From Takakia lepidozioides (Eukaryota; Plantae; Bryophyta): DNA of 64,000 nucleotides. The notes under the pieces were generated by a model, which ran no database searches, was not told the origin of the DNA, and was given only the letters and a program-made list of their open reading frames with translations. Made by a program: the position numbers and the translations under genes. The stretch is from the NCBI GenBank assembly GCA_030704615.1, contig CM060731.1, forward strand, positions 89,404,001-89,468,000. Direction: 5' to 3'. Of this stretch, positions 12,601 to 26,847 are shown one piece after another (positions within the stretch are counted from its first letter, which is position 1; every line of letters starts with the position of its first letter).

Positions 12601-15600
12601 CATGCTTTATTGGGAGTGCAATTAGTGTCTTATGTCCCTTTCAACAACCTTTGTTTGCTGCATGTAGTATGAGTCAATAGTTGAACATGCATGCAATCCA
12701 CCTTACATCCAGTCAAAGAAGCATGTTATCATTTTGGAAATTACAGGCACTGCTGGACTACGAGAGATTCAAGACAGGGGTTCCACCACTGGCAAGTGCC
12801 TCCCAGAAGCACAGACAGAATGATGGCACCTATATGGGGGGTGACGGCAAGGCAACAGTGTCTCCAGCTACTCCCCTCTCTCAGGTTTGTGCCCTCTCAA
12901 CTTCTGAGTTCCTGTATGGCAAATTCGAATATTCAATTCTTTATGGCCCCCTTTGAAGTAGACATAACATATCTTTCGTTTCTACTGATACTGCTACTCC
13001 AAGTAACTGTTGTTGCCGCAAAAGTCCATGACAAGTTTTAGTCGCAACACATTTGTTCCGCTGTGACTTGCTGCTGTATCAGAGTCCAGCTACAATATGA
13101 GTAGTTAATGTTCTGCTGTCTCTGGGAGCCTAGCCCAGGTTGGTGGGTAATGGAGACCGGATGATGGAGGTTTGCACTGAGCAGCCTATGAACACCTTTG
13201 TTGTTGATTCTGCCCTTTCACTAAAGGAGCTCCCTTTACTAGCCATTTTGGTAACTGTGATTTAATTAATGAGTTCAGTTTGTTGTTTATCTAAACCTCC
13301 AAGCTTCTCCAGTTGCACCCCCATGCCTAATAATTGAGTTTGTGTTGGGAGCCAACACCTTAGAACTTCAGGTAGAAATGGATAGGCTAGTACTTGTTTT
13401 CATGGTATTCTCAAGCATATGCTTCCTTTGCAGCCAAGCTCAGGGCCAATCACTGGATCAGGGCGGGCCCGGCGAGATTCTGCTGCACGTGCGATGCAGG
13501 GCTGGCATTCACAACGTATGGGCAATGAAGAAGTCCAGGACCCGGTTACAAAAGTATTTGGCAAACAACTTCATCTATTTACCAACTAAAAGATCTACTT
13601 TGGAGTTGATTTGCTCTTTTTTGTGCTTCTGGTTTCTAGCTGGGATTTTGTTTGCTGTTTCAATTTTTAGTATTTAAAGGTTATTTTACAGGGTTAGAAA
13701 ATCATGGCCAAGGAGCACTCCCTCTGAGCTTCGCACCATTTCATTTCTAACTGACAAAATGGTCAATGTTCACCCAAGGTCTCATGTTCATGTTGAAGGC
13801 CTTTCTACGTTGAATGCTTGAGACTGCTGGTACAGTCCCCTTGCTTGGGTGTCTTCTTTTGTTCTTATTAAAATGTCAGTGGTTTTAACCTGTTTGCCAG
13901 CAATTTTATTTTAGGCCCATTGTTGCATGTGACAGGAGAAAGGTTCTGGTGGAAAATATGTGAAGAAGGAAAAGAAACTCACAACTATAGGTATTTAGAG
14001 CTCCTGTGTTATATCTGCTTGGATATAGCATGACTACTCTGTATCTATGGATTGAGATGGCTGCTAGGGCTTCAATAGAGCTTACAATCCTGGTTTGACA
14101 GCACCCACTCAAGTGCAGCACTTTGTCAGTGCGATGTTGGTTTCTCTTAAAGGACAAGAGTTAGAGCATCTACGGCAGCCAGTCTCTCCCTCTGCATGAA
14201 CATGAAGACATGGGAGTGTGATTATAGTTTGTCACCAACAAATGAATGAGCCTGGCATGTATTGGCTCTAAGCCATTGTTATAATTCTTCTCTGGGTAAA
14301 AACTTTTGTGATCACGATCGTTATCTAAAACATTTAGTAGTTGGAAGCTTCTGTCATGTCTTTCTTCTGTTGTTCTCAAATGCACCTCTTGATGACAACT
14401 ACCTGCAGGCGTTGGGTTAAAGAGGAAAGGGACCCCTAATGTGCTGGAGCGAGCTGTTAAAGCTATTAGGGCGAAGGGCAGGCCACCATCCGATGAAGAA
14501 AGTCCACCTAGCAATTCAGCAGTTGCTAACACTGGTAAGCGAAGTTCAAAACAGGATTCCATGAGACGCCCAGCCAAGGCTAAGCAAGATGAGCCTCTGG
14601 GTGGCATCAACCCTCCAATTGCCAATGAGGGTCCTGAAGCTGACTGGGTCAAGATCAATGTCCTTAAACATGTAAGGTCAACAACAGCCAACCAGTATTT
14701 CTGTCCATCTCTGTACTGTAATTTGACGTTAGATGCATCTGTGTTATTCAACTCCTGTCCTTTTGGCCTCCCCCGGGTGAAATAAAGTTCTCTCTCTCTC
14801 ACACACTGAAGGGTGAATGTCGTTTCTTCTGCGCTGCCTGCTGTGAGATCGAGGGCAGGGTTTTAGAGATACCTCATCCCTGGCAGAGGCCCTTTTTATG
14901 AGAACTCAGAGTCCTTGCAAGAGGCACTAAGCCTTCATACAATGTTTGGGGTTTGATTTTCTTATTTAGTTTCTCTGGTTCTCATTGTTGTTCTACTGTG
15001 TCCCATCCCCTCTGGCCTCTGGCGGACATAACACATCTCCTTATTGCTTGTTGGTTTTGTTTCTCTCACATGGATGCAGTACAACCTCTCTCAGCTAGAG
15101 AAGCAGTGGCGGTTCAGTTTAGATCTTTTTACTTTGTTGTGAACCCCAGCCCATTTTCAAAGCTCAATTCCCTGCGGTTAGCTCTGTTTCTGTTGGTGAT
15201 GTTGACAGTCAGTCACATGGAAGCAAGACTAAGTTGCCAAGAGGACGGATAAATTTTGTAGTCCTTGAACATCTCAGAGACAGAGGCCGAGGAGTATCAC
15301 TAGTCTAACCATAGAAAAGTTGCTGCTCAAAAGCTGAAGTTGGGCAATTTTCTTCAGAGCTTCTGATAAACAAGCAAGCTGGAGTCAAGAACCGTGTTAA
15401 GAGCCATGCCTCGTGGACACTAGGGTGAGAGTATGCTGTAACTATGTCCACTACTTGAGCTATCTTCCTTTATGATACTGACCTTCCTCCCCCCATAGGT
15501 TGCAGAGTCTGATCAGACTCTCTGTCTCTCGCTGTCACACATAGTACAAACCATTTCTGACTAATAATGTCTTTGTGTCAAAGGGGAACAAATCTTGCCC

Positions 15601-16880
15601 TAGTCGACTTTTGAGTTTGCTCAACAAGGATCGCTGCTGTTGTGGCATGTGATGGTTGGGGGTTCACCCTGGGTCTTACATCGTAGCTGGCACTGATTAG
15701 GAAAGTGCATGTTATGGGTTTGCAGCTGGATTGCTTCGAGATTTATGCTCTTGTTCCTGGACTCGCTCGTGAGGAGGTCAGTGATGCACTTCTCATCTCC
15801 CTTGGCTTTGCAAATCCTTCTGTATGTGAGGCATAATTTGGCAGCAGAATAGAGATGTGAAAAAAACATGTCGTGGGTATTGGCAAAGGCTGGTCGGTCG
15901 GAAGGCAGATACAAGGAGTTTGGGGAGTGTGAACAGCCTAAAGAAACATGTGTGATATCTATTCCTCCTTTCTATGCTTTGCATTTTGTGCTGGCAGGTG
16001 CGCATACAGTGTGAGCCAGGAGGCAGGCTTGTGATTGCTGGAATACCTGAGGATCCTGACAATCCATGGGGTGTGACTCCATTCAGAAAGGTAAGATTCT
16101 CTAGTTTTGACTAGAGAGAGAAAATGCATTTGCCTGAGCTTGGTATCCTTGCATTTTATCACTTATGAGGAAGTAAAGAGCGTAGAACCCACCCTGGTTG
16201 CGATGGAGCAGAAGAGGGGTTGGAGAGTGGGGGAACAGGAGAATCAGAATGGGCTCCACCACACTGCAGAAGGCTTTGGGTTGTCTCAGTGTTCAGAGTT
16301 ACGCAGCCTACTGCTAGGTGAACCTCATGGTGAGCTGTGGGGGAGGTTCCCTTGAGGTTCTCGTCGAGTCCCATCTTTTATGTAGCATGGACGAGATATC
16401 TGCAAATCGTCAGCTCAGTCATTGGGCTCCAATTTTTCCATCAACTCCCCTAGGTTTGGTCTTGAGAGATGAGCTCGGTATTCTCAGCAGTGGCAGGCAG
16501 GTAGGCATGGGCATCCAAGCAGGCGTTTCTAATTCTACGGAATCCCTCCTGACCCAGATAGGCACAAGAGGAGGGATTGGGACCTCTCCTAGAAGTAATG
16601 GTGTTTGTTGTTACACACTGCATTTGTGTTCCCACTCATGTTGACTTCTAGGTTCTGCTATGAAATGTACTGTCCATCTCTTCCTGTCAAACCAATGGGT
16701 GTATTGTATAGATGGTAAAGAGGGAGGAAAGGAGCACAACTTTTGATACAACTGGTGTGTGGGTGCCAACCAATGCAGGTGATAAGTTTGCCTTCACGAA
16801 TTGATGCCCATCAAACTTCAGCAGTAGTAACACTCTACGGCCAACTGTATGTTCGGGTCCCAATTGCTGAAACATCTTAG
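6681..16880 (+). CDS. AT-rich interactive domain (ARID) protein with C-terminal HSP20/alpha-crystallin-like domain (Arabidopsis ARID3/5/6 family)
   Basis: GT-AG exons at about 6681-8371, 8628-8667, 9245-9297, 11383-11428, 12747-12884, 13434-13553, 13936-13990, 14409-14671, 15726-15776, 15998-16090, 16779-16880. They splice in frame to YKPPKFYG..LKLWRVVTRMGGYDHVTASKLWRTVGEKFDPPKRCTTLSWSFRKSYEKALLDYE (ARID), GSGRARRDSAARAMQGWHSQR and ADWVKINV..DCFEIYALVPGL..NPWGVTPFRKVISLPSRID..TSAVVTLYGQLYVRVP. Confidence 0.93.
9630..10850 (-). mobile_element. 3' fragment of a non-LTR (LINE) retrotransposon in an ARID intron
   Basis: ORF 9961-10863 has IRPALEYASAVW..LESIQ (post-RT region) and CKCPLCGQPEDNIHFLIHCP (C-terminal zinc finger). 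A 60-70 bp motif is repeated at about 9631, 9762 and 10788. Confidence 0.8.
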
Positions 16881-18110
16881 TACAATGTGTTTCTGAAATA
16901 CTTCAGAAACTTGTCCGAGGCTTTCACAAAATCAGCCGCAGATATCAATTTGGACAAGATGGCACACAATGTTGAATTAACCCAAACTGAGCCTATCTTC
17001 ATTGTGTATACTTCACTTGCTGTCTGAACAGTTCCATTTTCCAAAGTGAAGCCTGGGTGGACGGTGTACTGCACTTCGATTGGTTAGACTACTGGAGCTT
17101 AGGCTTCTGCTTTGTGCAGTGAAAATATAGAGAAGACTTCTCTGGGGGACATATCTGTAAAACGTAGTTAAGATACAAGCCTAGCTATGGAAGATGCAGT
17201 AGTAGAGAGCTCTCGGAGAACTTCTAAATGCAATTCCACAGGGTTGTGTATGCTAGATTATTCGTCTGAGTTGATTCTTCAAGTTGTGTCTGTCTAGTGA
17301 TTGTACTAAGGTTGCTCAACGAGACTAGCTATTTCAATTTCCCTTTTGGCAGTCACTTCTAAGATACACCCCATTCTTCATGCGCATTTTCGCCACAAGC
17401 CAATCTTCCCCTCACTTTCTAAAGGCTCTCATCTCAAGTTTGATGGGGTAGGTACCAAGTACCTCATCTTCCAGTCCATTAGATCTCCGCTTGCTTTCAT
17501 GTTGAAATCGTATTAGTCAAAGTGGCGGCACTATGCAATGAAGTTCAGTTCAACCACAATCTTCGCTTGATTCTACTTAATCGCAGTGCAATCCATATCT
17601 CCAACTCCACCTGCATGGGCTTGTTTTTCTAGTGATTCCACACCAATCGTAGGGTTTTTCGGACAGGAGGGATCACAACATGTTCATGCCATCATTTCAC
17701 ATTCCTAGAGAGAGAACATGTCAACACAGACTCCCACGTCCGATCAGGTACTACATAGGTTCCGCAGCAGTTTGGAAAATCGAGGTACGAAAATTCCTGA
17801 CAAGAAACGACAAGATATGAGACATGAGAGAGAAGGTGGAGTATTAAATGTGAGAAGGGAGACGGATGAATGAAGAGGGTCTAGCATGAAAGGCTGCAGC
17901 TGGCTAGGGTTGCGGTGCAGGCGCGCTGGTCAAGGAGCTTGCAAGATGGAGAGGGTGCTGGCCTTCGGGGTCTTCGCCAGCCCAGGGACGGTGTAGGAGC
18001 ACTTGGGATGGAAGATCTGTAGTTGGGTTTGGAGCGGAGGGGGCTCCCTTCCCGGATCCACAAGAAGAGGGGTTTGTTTGAAGGGTGGGAGGTTCTTGGA
18101 GGCAGCAGGG

Positions 18111-21100
18111 ATGGAGTACAAACCGCCTGGGGCCGCCATGGTGGCCCCAGGTTTTGAGGGTATGAGGAATGGCGGTAGTAGGAAGCATATGGGGGAGACG
18201 AGGTTTGCTCCGAATGCATTTCAATATAATGGGAGAATTGCGATCGCCCTGGTTCCGTGTGTGATTCTGTTGCTGGGAGTGGGTGGAAAGCCCGTTTTGG
18301 CGACGCTCACTGTGGGTCTCATGGTGTCCTACATTCTTGATTCCCTGCAGTTCAAGCAGAGCGCAATGTTCGGGGTTTGGGGTGCTCTGTTTGCCACGGG
18401 CTTTGCCATGATTCTGTCGGGATCCACGTTCACGGCATCGGCGTCGATTCCTCTCTACATCCTCACCCTGTTTGTATCTTTTCAGCTCATGTTTCTTGTC
18501 GGGGTCTGGGCTTCCTTGCAATTCCGCTGGATGCAGCTGGAGAATCCATCGGTTGTTTTGGCCCTTGAGCGATTACTCTTTGCATGTATCCCGTTCACAG
18601 CTTGCACAATCCAAACATGGGGAGTGGTAGCTTCTGTCGGTATGGCGAACGCACCCTTCTACCTCATGATCTTCCTCTTCGAGCTATACTGGCTGTTTGC
18701 ATTGCCGCATCCATCGTCTTTTCGGATGAAGAATGAGAGGTCGTATGGGGGGCAATTCGCCGAAGAATCTCTAATTTCAGGGCAGCTTGAGGGGGCCTTC
18801 CACACGCTTGCATTGATGTTTTTGCCTCTCTTGTTTCATATCGGATCTCACCATGCCCGGCTCTTTTCATCTGCTAATGCCATCTGCGACCTCCTTCTCC
18901 TCTTCTTCGTTCCACTCCTTTTCCAGCTGTATGCATCTACACGGGGCGGCCTTTGGTGGCTTTACAAGGATGAGCGTCAGCTCCAACAAGTGAGAATTGT
19001 GAATGGTGCCATTGCGCTGCTGGTAGTGATTCTCTGCCTGGAAGTAAGGGTCGTGTTCTTCTCATTTGGCCAGTATATTCAATTTCCTCCACCTTGGAAT
19101 TACCTTCTTGTGACTATTGCAGCCGTTGGAGGGGCAGCGGCTATGGGGGCCTACGCGGCAGGTCTGATAGGAGACTCAGCTGGTTCAGTAATTTTGACCT
19201 CCCTCATGGTGGCAGCTGCTTTTTCGGCAGCACTTGTGGTTGGATTGCCTCTCAAGGTATGCACAATGCCAGTCAATCCTTTGCTTGTTCATATTTCCCA
19301 CAGGATTTGGTCTGATTCTGAAGCCTTAATATAATGAATCAATTTTACACCTTTAAGCCTCCGCAGTCATACCTGAACCATGGAAGGGTCCAAGATCATT
19401 AGACATGTATGTAAATTTATATCTATTTTTTATTAAAGTTTTCCTGTTCCGGATACGGGATGTAAGCTCAAGAATTATCCTGGGTTTTTCAATCTTATCC
19501 CTTGCATCCCGGGAAACATTGAGCAAAGGACCATATAAAAGCTCACTCCACTCTGCCACCGACAGACTGCAAGAGAAACAGAGTGCACATTTCTATCATT
19601 TTTGGGCACCCTGATGCTGGGTTTACTCCAGCGCATCAGTCATCTCACAAGGAGGTTGCCTAAAAAGAAAGTCTTACCTACAGCCATTGGTGTCTTTGGC
19701 ACAATCAAAGCTGTGCTCTTATGGATGGGGCATGATTAGGAGTTTATCAGATGAAAGGACTCCAGCAGGTGCACTAAACAGGCCAGGTGAGAACGTAATA
19801 CATCTACAAAGGCTGCTCAAAATCTGTGATAAAGTGAGACTTGGGCACTTGTAGGTTCTCTGCATGCTTGAGAGAGTGTGTCTCCTCTTGTGTTTCCTTA
19901 CTGGGGGTAAAGTTCAGTGAGACAAGCTGGGAGGTAATGGTGCACATAATTTTTTTCGGTTGTTTGAGTAGTAGTTCTTATCTTGCAATGCAGCCTTTCA
20001 GTATTGCCATAGTGTACATTCCTTTCTTTACTAAGCCTTCATCTGGCATGGTCATCTGTGAATCCCATTTGCAGAAGAACATAATCAGGGTGTCAGAGTG
20101 AAGATATTGAAGGATGACAAAGCACACTAGAGTTGTCCAGTAATGTCTCGCAGGATATTCTGCACCCATCACTCTCTTTGTGTGCCTTGTGCAGTTCTTA
20201 CCGGCGCCAATTGTATCGGCATTCTACATCTCGCACTTTTGTTTGAAGAAGAGCATAGTGTCCTATTTTATTTTCGTTGTATCAGCAATGGTGCCGCTGA
20301 CCTGGTTTGTGGTGCACAACTTCTGGCACCTAAACATCTGGCTGGGAGGGGTACCTCTGAAGACTGTATGCAAGTTAGTCATTGGTGCTGCTGTGCTGGC
20401 AATGAGTGTTCCAGGGTTAGCCCTACTTCCCCGCAAAGCACACTACGTGGCAGAGGCTGGGCTCATAGGTTACGCAATTTTAGTATGCCACCTGGAGAAT
20501 CGACTGTACAATTTTGGGAGCGTTTACTACTATGCTACAGATGAGGAGGCGGTTTACCCAAGTTACCTGGTATTTTTCACCTCCGTCGTGGGTTTGGTGC
20601 TGGTTCGGCGTTTGGGAGCTGAGAAGAGGATTGGCTCATTGAGTGTATGGATGCTGGCATGCCTCTATTTATCAAAGCTGTCAATGCTGTTCCTCAGTTC
20701 TCCTTACATTGTGTGGGCAGGCCCTATCCTGCTTCTTGCCATCACGCCTCCACTCCTGCTGTACAAGTATTTCCCCAACATCTTTACCTTTCAGTTAATA
20801 ATGTCCATATATCAAGCTCCCTCTCACTCATTCATCATCATTCTCCTTCCTCTCTCACTGTCTTTTGGTCCTGCTGTCCTCTTCATCTCTCAAATAAGGT
20901 GATACTTTGGAGCACAAACATCGTTGCAATATGGTACAGATTCTGGCAGTGGTGTGTTGATACATAATGTGATGCTCTTTTGGTCCTTAACCTGTGAATG
21001 GTGGCTTGTGGGTACTGAAATTGGACAATGTTTGATCTTAAATGTGTGTGTGCTGTCGCAGAGAGAGACAGAAGGGAGGGTCGAGAATGAAACCATGGCA

Positions 21101-22868
21101 AGGAATGGCTCATGCGGCTGTGGTTTGCATCGCAGTGTGGCTCTGCCGGTTCTCTCTATTTGAGGCTTTGAATTGGTGGACAGGATTAGTGCCATCGGAT
21201 GGCCTTCTCTTGGGTTTTCTTGTACTGACTGCTGGTGTGGCAAGTGCTCCAATAGTCACCCAACATTTCTCCCATATTCAGGTACGCTATGTTACCTCTA
21301 GAGCAGCATCTGCCTTGTAACATTTAGTTGCAATTCATGGTAGGACAGTCTAATGACGAGTCTCCATCCATGCCAGGCTGTCAGTCTTAGGCTGTCAAAG
21401 AAAGGGATTAAGGGTCATCCTGGACAATTTGGGATGCTATCTTCTTGTGGATAAACGAATGGATGGAACAAACAAGGGATAGCACCTACTGAAACGACCA
21501 ACCGTCAACTGTCCGTCTCATGATAGTCTATGCTTGTGGGTCATGCAGTCTGCCAAGAGGACATTGGTGCTCGTGATTGCATTGGGAGTGTTGCTGATCT
21601 TCATGCAGCCTCCAGTGCCTGAGGCGTGGACCTTTTGGTGGGATAAAGCTCACATGCCTAATCGAGGTGGGGATAATGTGGCAATCTATGGAGCCCTTGC
21701 AAGCAAGCCGTCATGGCCTTCATGGCTTCTCCTTTTCACAATTATTACCTCACTGGCGGCACTGACATCAGCACTCCCAATTCAGAACCTCGTGGAGCTG
21801 CGAATACTTTATGCTATCGGGATGGGGATGAGTGTCGGAGTTTATCTCTGTGCCCAGTATTTCCTCCAGGCTGCTCTCTTGCATGCTTTGCTTGTAGGAG
21901 CCATGGTTTGCACTTCAGTGTTCCTGGTTTTTACGCACCTCCCGTCAGCATCCAGCCCCCGGTTTTTACCCGGGGTATTTGCTCTGTTGGTGGCCCTTTG
22001 CCCGGTGATTTATCTAGCAGAGGGACAGTTGAGGTTCCAAGCTGGAGAAAAAGCTGGGGATGAGGAAAGGTTTGTAGCTTTGCTAGCATTACAGGGTTCA
22101 CGCGTCTCCCTTTTGGGACTGTATGCAGCAGTATTCATGGCAATCGCACTCGAGATTAAGTTGAAGTTGTCAGCACTAGTGCGGGACAAGGCCTATGAAA
22201 AGACCGCAGGGCGGGCTGCAGGAGCTGGAGGTTTTATTCCAAAGTATCGCCTAATGCAGCAGCGCAGGCCATCCACAGCCAACCCCCTCACTGTCAAGAA
22301 GCTCGCTGCTGAAGGCGCATGGATGCCAGCCATCGGAAACGTGGCAACCTTACTTTGCTTCAGTATTTGTCTGGTCCTCAACCACCATCTGACTGGGGGT
22401 GCTGACCGCTCGATCTTTTTCCTGGTACCAATTTTACTTCTTTTGAATCAGGATGTCAACCTGTCAGCAAGGTTTAGTGACCGGCAGCGGTACTTCCCCT
22501 TGACCACTGCGATTACTTTGTATTTGATCGTTTCTGGAGCCTATGGGTTGTGGACTGAGGTCCGGCATGGGTATCCGAACTCTGACTGGGGGTTGCAGAC
22601 TGGTGGACCTGGTCTATTCTACCTCGTGAAAAACACATTATTGCTTCTCTTGACCATCCCAAATCACTTTCTGTTCAATCGTTTCATGTGGGACTATGCG
22701 AAGCAATCAAATTTTGCATTGCTGGTGACAATACCCTTAAATTTTCCAGCAGCCATTATCACAGACATAGTCAGTATCAGACTGTTAGCTGTATTAGGAA
22801 TTGTGTATGCTGCAGGCCAGTACCTGGTGTCTCGACACACTCGGATTGCTGGAATGAAATTTATTTGA
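18111..22868 (+). CDS. NEF1: NO EXINE FORMATION 1 (multi-pass membrane protein)
   Basis: Exons at about 18111-19256, 20195-20766, 21062-21281, 21549-22868 splice in frame. Hallmark segments: FQYNGRIAIALVPC, WASLQFRWMQLENPSVVLALERLLFAC, MKPWQGMAHA, EGAWMPAIGNVAT, PILLLLNQD and C-terminal IAGMKFI. Confidence 0.92.
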
Positions 22869-23325
22869 GTTCAAATTTTGACACATAATTGTGAGATGGT
22901 CCAGAGGGATAGTGCGGCGGATGGTTTATCAATTTTGCATCACTTGAGTGTCAGTAAAGGAAGTGTGCAGAGTGAAAGCATGAACATAGCCAGGCATTTT
23001 GAAGACACTGAATTATGTGTTGTACATGCTATCTGGTTTACATAACATAGAGTATGAAGAGAGAGATGAAGAATGATTGCAACAGGGTACCCACAAGCTC
23101 CCAGTGGAGAAGAATCCTCTCCTCTCCTTAGGGTATCTGATCATGGCTTCGGGTCTGTTTGGTAGGGCCTTCAGATTCCAGAAGTGCAAGGGGGGACTGC
23201 AAACAGGACACAAAGAGGTTGTACGTAATGAATTTGGTACAACTGTGGGTCCAGCCTGCACATGTGCTTACGGATCCGAGATGTAAACTTCCAAACTCAG
23301 ATTGCTCAGATTGCTGCGAGGCGAA

Positions 23326-23909
23326 CAGTCGGCCCTCCATATGTGTTAATCTTTGGGAGTAAGAAAAACTGTAACACTTAAAGGATTGTAACACTTTAAC
23401 AGATACTAATTTAGGATCAATGAAAAGTAACATTTATAAAGTTCACTCTTACATGGGGTGCCCTAAAAAAAGTTCATGTTAATAGAACTACAAGAAGGGA
23501 AAAATTGCCATCACGGCTGATGATCTACATGTCTGATGTGAATGTCTCAACATCTCTACACCCTTTGCAGCTAACTTGTCTACCAAGTGCATAACATCGG
23601 TCGACCTCTGCTGCAAGAAATGATGCAATGTTTCAAGCTTTCAGCTTTCACTTAATGTTTGTCCACTGGAGTCTCCATTATTAAGCTCCTTTATATATGC
23701 CCACTTGAGTTGATCACAGACTTAACTTGAGTGAATGAAGAGCACTTTAACACATACACATGGTCATTATATAAAGAGGGGAGTAACCAGTTGTTAACAG
23801 TTAAACACTTAACGCTTGCTTAGTTCACCCGAGTTAGGGAGTAAGAATTATGCTAACATATAAAGTTTTTTAACGCTTGTGGATGTCACAGATATGGAGG
23901 GCCAGACTG
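23326..23909. mobile_element. MITE, Tc1/mariner (pogo-like) type
   Basis: Terminal inverted repeats CAGTCGGCCCTCCATAT (23326) and ATATGGAGGGCCAGACTG (ends 23909), followed by TA. Internal GGGAGTAA..AACACTTAA repeats; no ORF. Confidence 0.7.
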
Positions 23910-25362
23910 TAGAAAGCTCAAAAAAAAGAAAAAAAGAAAAAAGAAAGAAAGCTCGTAGTAGCACAGGCTAGCTTACTGATCGGTGTAGAAGGTGTCAGTG
24001 CTTGGATCTGTAGTAGAAAGAAAGATAGCGTCGTCGAGGGGTGGCAACTGCTGCTGGTCCCACGGTTGAAGAAAATTCGCCGACAAGGGTGCGCGCACAG
24101 CTTGTATCATAACTTCTTGGAGGTTGTTCTTGAGGGATGCCACAAGTCCCAGTCGCTAGCTGCTCAACAGACCCAGTCAACAACAGGTCATCCAGCAGTC
24201 AGGAGGTTTTTCTATGGCGTGTCTGCACTGATCGTCATCACCCATCGATCCTCCATCATCGTCTGAGTGACACGTCCGGCAGGATTATAGAGGGGGAGGA
24301 GCCAGGTGGGCGACAGCGTGGCGTAAATTCGCCATGCAAGGTGGCTAACCTACTCCATAACCAGCCCTTCAGTTCCCCCTCTCTTGTGCGTTCTTGAATC
24401 TTGTGCGGTTTCTGCTTTTTCAATTCCGTTTCTCAAGTTTCGGATTGGGTCGCAGTTGTCTCTCTCTGCCTCCTCCTCTGTTTTTGAGGTGATTCCTCTT
24501 CCTCTCTCGGTGGGTTTGAGCTCATATAGACCTTTGGGTTCGCAGGCGACTTTCTCTATCCTTGTTTTCGAACCCTGACATCCATTCCCGTCTCCCTCTT
24601 GTCCTGTTTTCAGGTCCCCCGGGACATTGACATTGGCACAGGAGCCTACAGGCCAGATATGCAACTTTTTCCGCGTATTGTAAGATTTCGACCACATCGC
24701 CTTTTGCACTATCCATTGTCTAGCGCTCTCTTCCCAGGCCAGATCCTTATCTGCCTTTTTTATCTCTTTTAAATTTTTGCTTTCTTGCCGTCGACTTCGA
24801 GGCATGGGTAGTTGGAGAGGGCATCGGCCTGTTATAAGCGTCGCTTCCACGGCCCCCTGTAAATGAGGGTGCCCTGGGAAACACTGTTCAGCATGCCTTC
24901 CAGTCTTTTTTGGAAGCAGCGCTCCTTCTTGCTTTCTTTTTCTGTTTCTCTCTTTGTGCACAATTGGTTAGCGTATCTCTCTTTCTTTCTCTTAGAGCTT
25001 CCGGCGACGTTATGAAGGTTGTTTCTTTCTTCTTCACAAGCACATTGCAATCGAAGAGTAGGAGAAAGGGTAGAAAAACTGGATCCTGATCCGCACTATT
25101 TTCATATTCTCTTCTATTCTGAAAAAGAAGAGAACCCTCTTTCTTACAGATTTATTATGAATCTAGTAAAGCTTTGTGAGGGGCTTATTGATCCTGTATC
25201 GTCCCTGCATAATGGTGGTTTGATCAGAGAGTGGGGTGATTTAGGGTGGTTTCAGGACGCCGTACAAGAAGGTGTATTCAGTTGCCTTCTTCATCTTTCT
25301 GATATGCTGTTTCATCTTCTTCTTGGGCAGCATGTCGATAGGATGTGGCAGAGAAGCAGGGA

Positions 25363-26847
25363 ATGAATGGAGCCAGAGAGAGAAGAGGAGGACCATTAGT
25401 CAACAGGGTGCTTGGTAGAATGGACCAAGAAAGGCAGACAGGCAACGGGGGCCCCTACCAAGCACTCTTGAATATGGGTGATTATGGCAGTGGAACGGAA
25501 ACCCAACCGTACGTGGGGCTGTATGACCGGCGTCTCCCATGCTGTGGTTGTGGCATCGGCTGGTGCTCGTAAGTCCTCTTTTTGGCCCGCACCCATTCCC
25601 TTTGAGTGTCTCTCTCGTTCTAGGGATGAATTGGCCTTGTCCCTCATTGATCCATCTCCCTGTCCCTGTTGTTTCGCCCTGCACTCAATCCAGAGTGATG
25701 AATTTCTGTGGTTAAAAACTAAAATCAATAACCCTGCAACCTGGCTGTCGAGTTTGCATGGGGACAAGTGCCTCTGTGAGCACCTTAATGGAAGTTGCAG
25801 GAAGATACGTCTGCACCTGCAGCTGAATTGTGGCGTTAAGCTAAACCCTGGTGGGTGCGAAAGCTCAGACAGGGTTAGTTCGCATGCGGTGGATGGATGG
25901 CTGTAAGGCTATGGCAAGCCAATGTTTGCAGGGAACAGCATTAGTACATTCTGTCCCTGTTGTCCTCTTTTGATAAATTTGGCACTGGTGATACAATGGT
26001 TCTACCATGTCGCAGAAAGCCGGTTCCTTGGCCCCAATATTCAGAATCTTCTTGTTCATCCATATCACAGGCACAAATTGTAGGTTCAGGATATTGCTGA
26101 CACAACATGTGTGTCTGCGTACGATCGTGATGGGGAGGGGAAAAGAGACAACTTCTTCTGTTCTTCTGGGTCAGGACTGGCTTGGGAGTGAACTTGAAGA
26201 GTAGTCTGAAACCTCCTCTTGTTAACTTGTGTCACCCGATGGAGTAGAAAAGGACTAAATTTTTACTGCACAATGCTAAATATTCATTTTCGAATCGTCA
26301 CGGACCTTGGCTGAAGAACTGGTGCAACATCTAAGAACCCAGGGATGTGGGATGGGTTGCAGGTTTCTGATGGGATTTTTCCTTCCCTTGTTTTGGTACT
26401 ATGGGACTTTCCTTTTTTTTGCAGCACAATATCAAAATGATCCACGTGAGCGGCCAGGGTTGGCAGCTTGTGCAATTGCCGTAAGTGCTTATTCTCCACA
26501 GCTTGTTCCTGGTCTTTTTGTCCATTTGTCAAGACTGTTAGTCACAGATTGAATTCTTCTCGTAGTCCAGGGTGAATGCTTAATCTAGTATGTTGAATTT
26601 TGCATTTATACTGCAAAAAGAGCATGTGGCTTTATACAGAGAGCCAGTATCTTGTTGCTATGCTTCATTGCAGGAACTGATTTGATCATAAGTGCTGCTC
26701 AGTATAAGGGGTGGCTTGGGTTCCATGGCTGTTTGTTGGGACTGGGGACAGGCACTGGTGAATACAGTGGCATTGGTGATAGCATTGATGGTTCTATTAA
26801 TTCAGCGAAAAGGCCTGACTGGCTTTAACTTTTTTACAGATGCTTGA
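25363..26847 (+). CDS. Small plant membrane protein usually annotated '60S ribosomal protein L18a-like / L18ae family'
   Basis: Exons at about 25363-25568, 26363-26480, 26752-26847 give YDRRLPCCGCGIGWCSFLMGFFLPLFWYYGTFLFF..DPRERPGLAACAIAALVNTVALVI. Start codon uncertain (25363 or 25420). Confidence 0.85.
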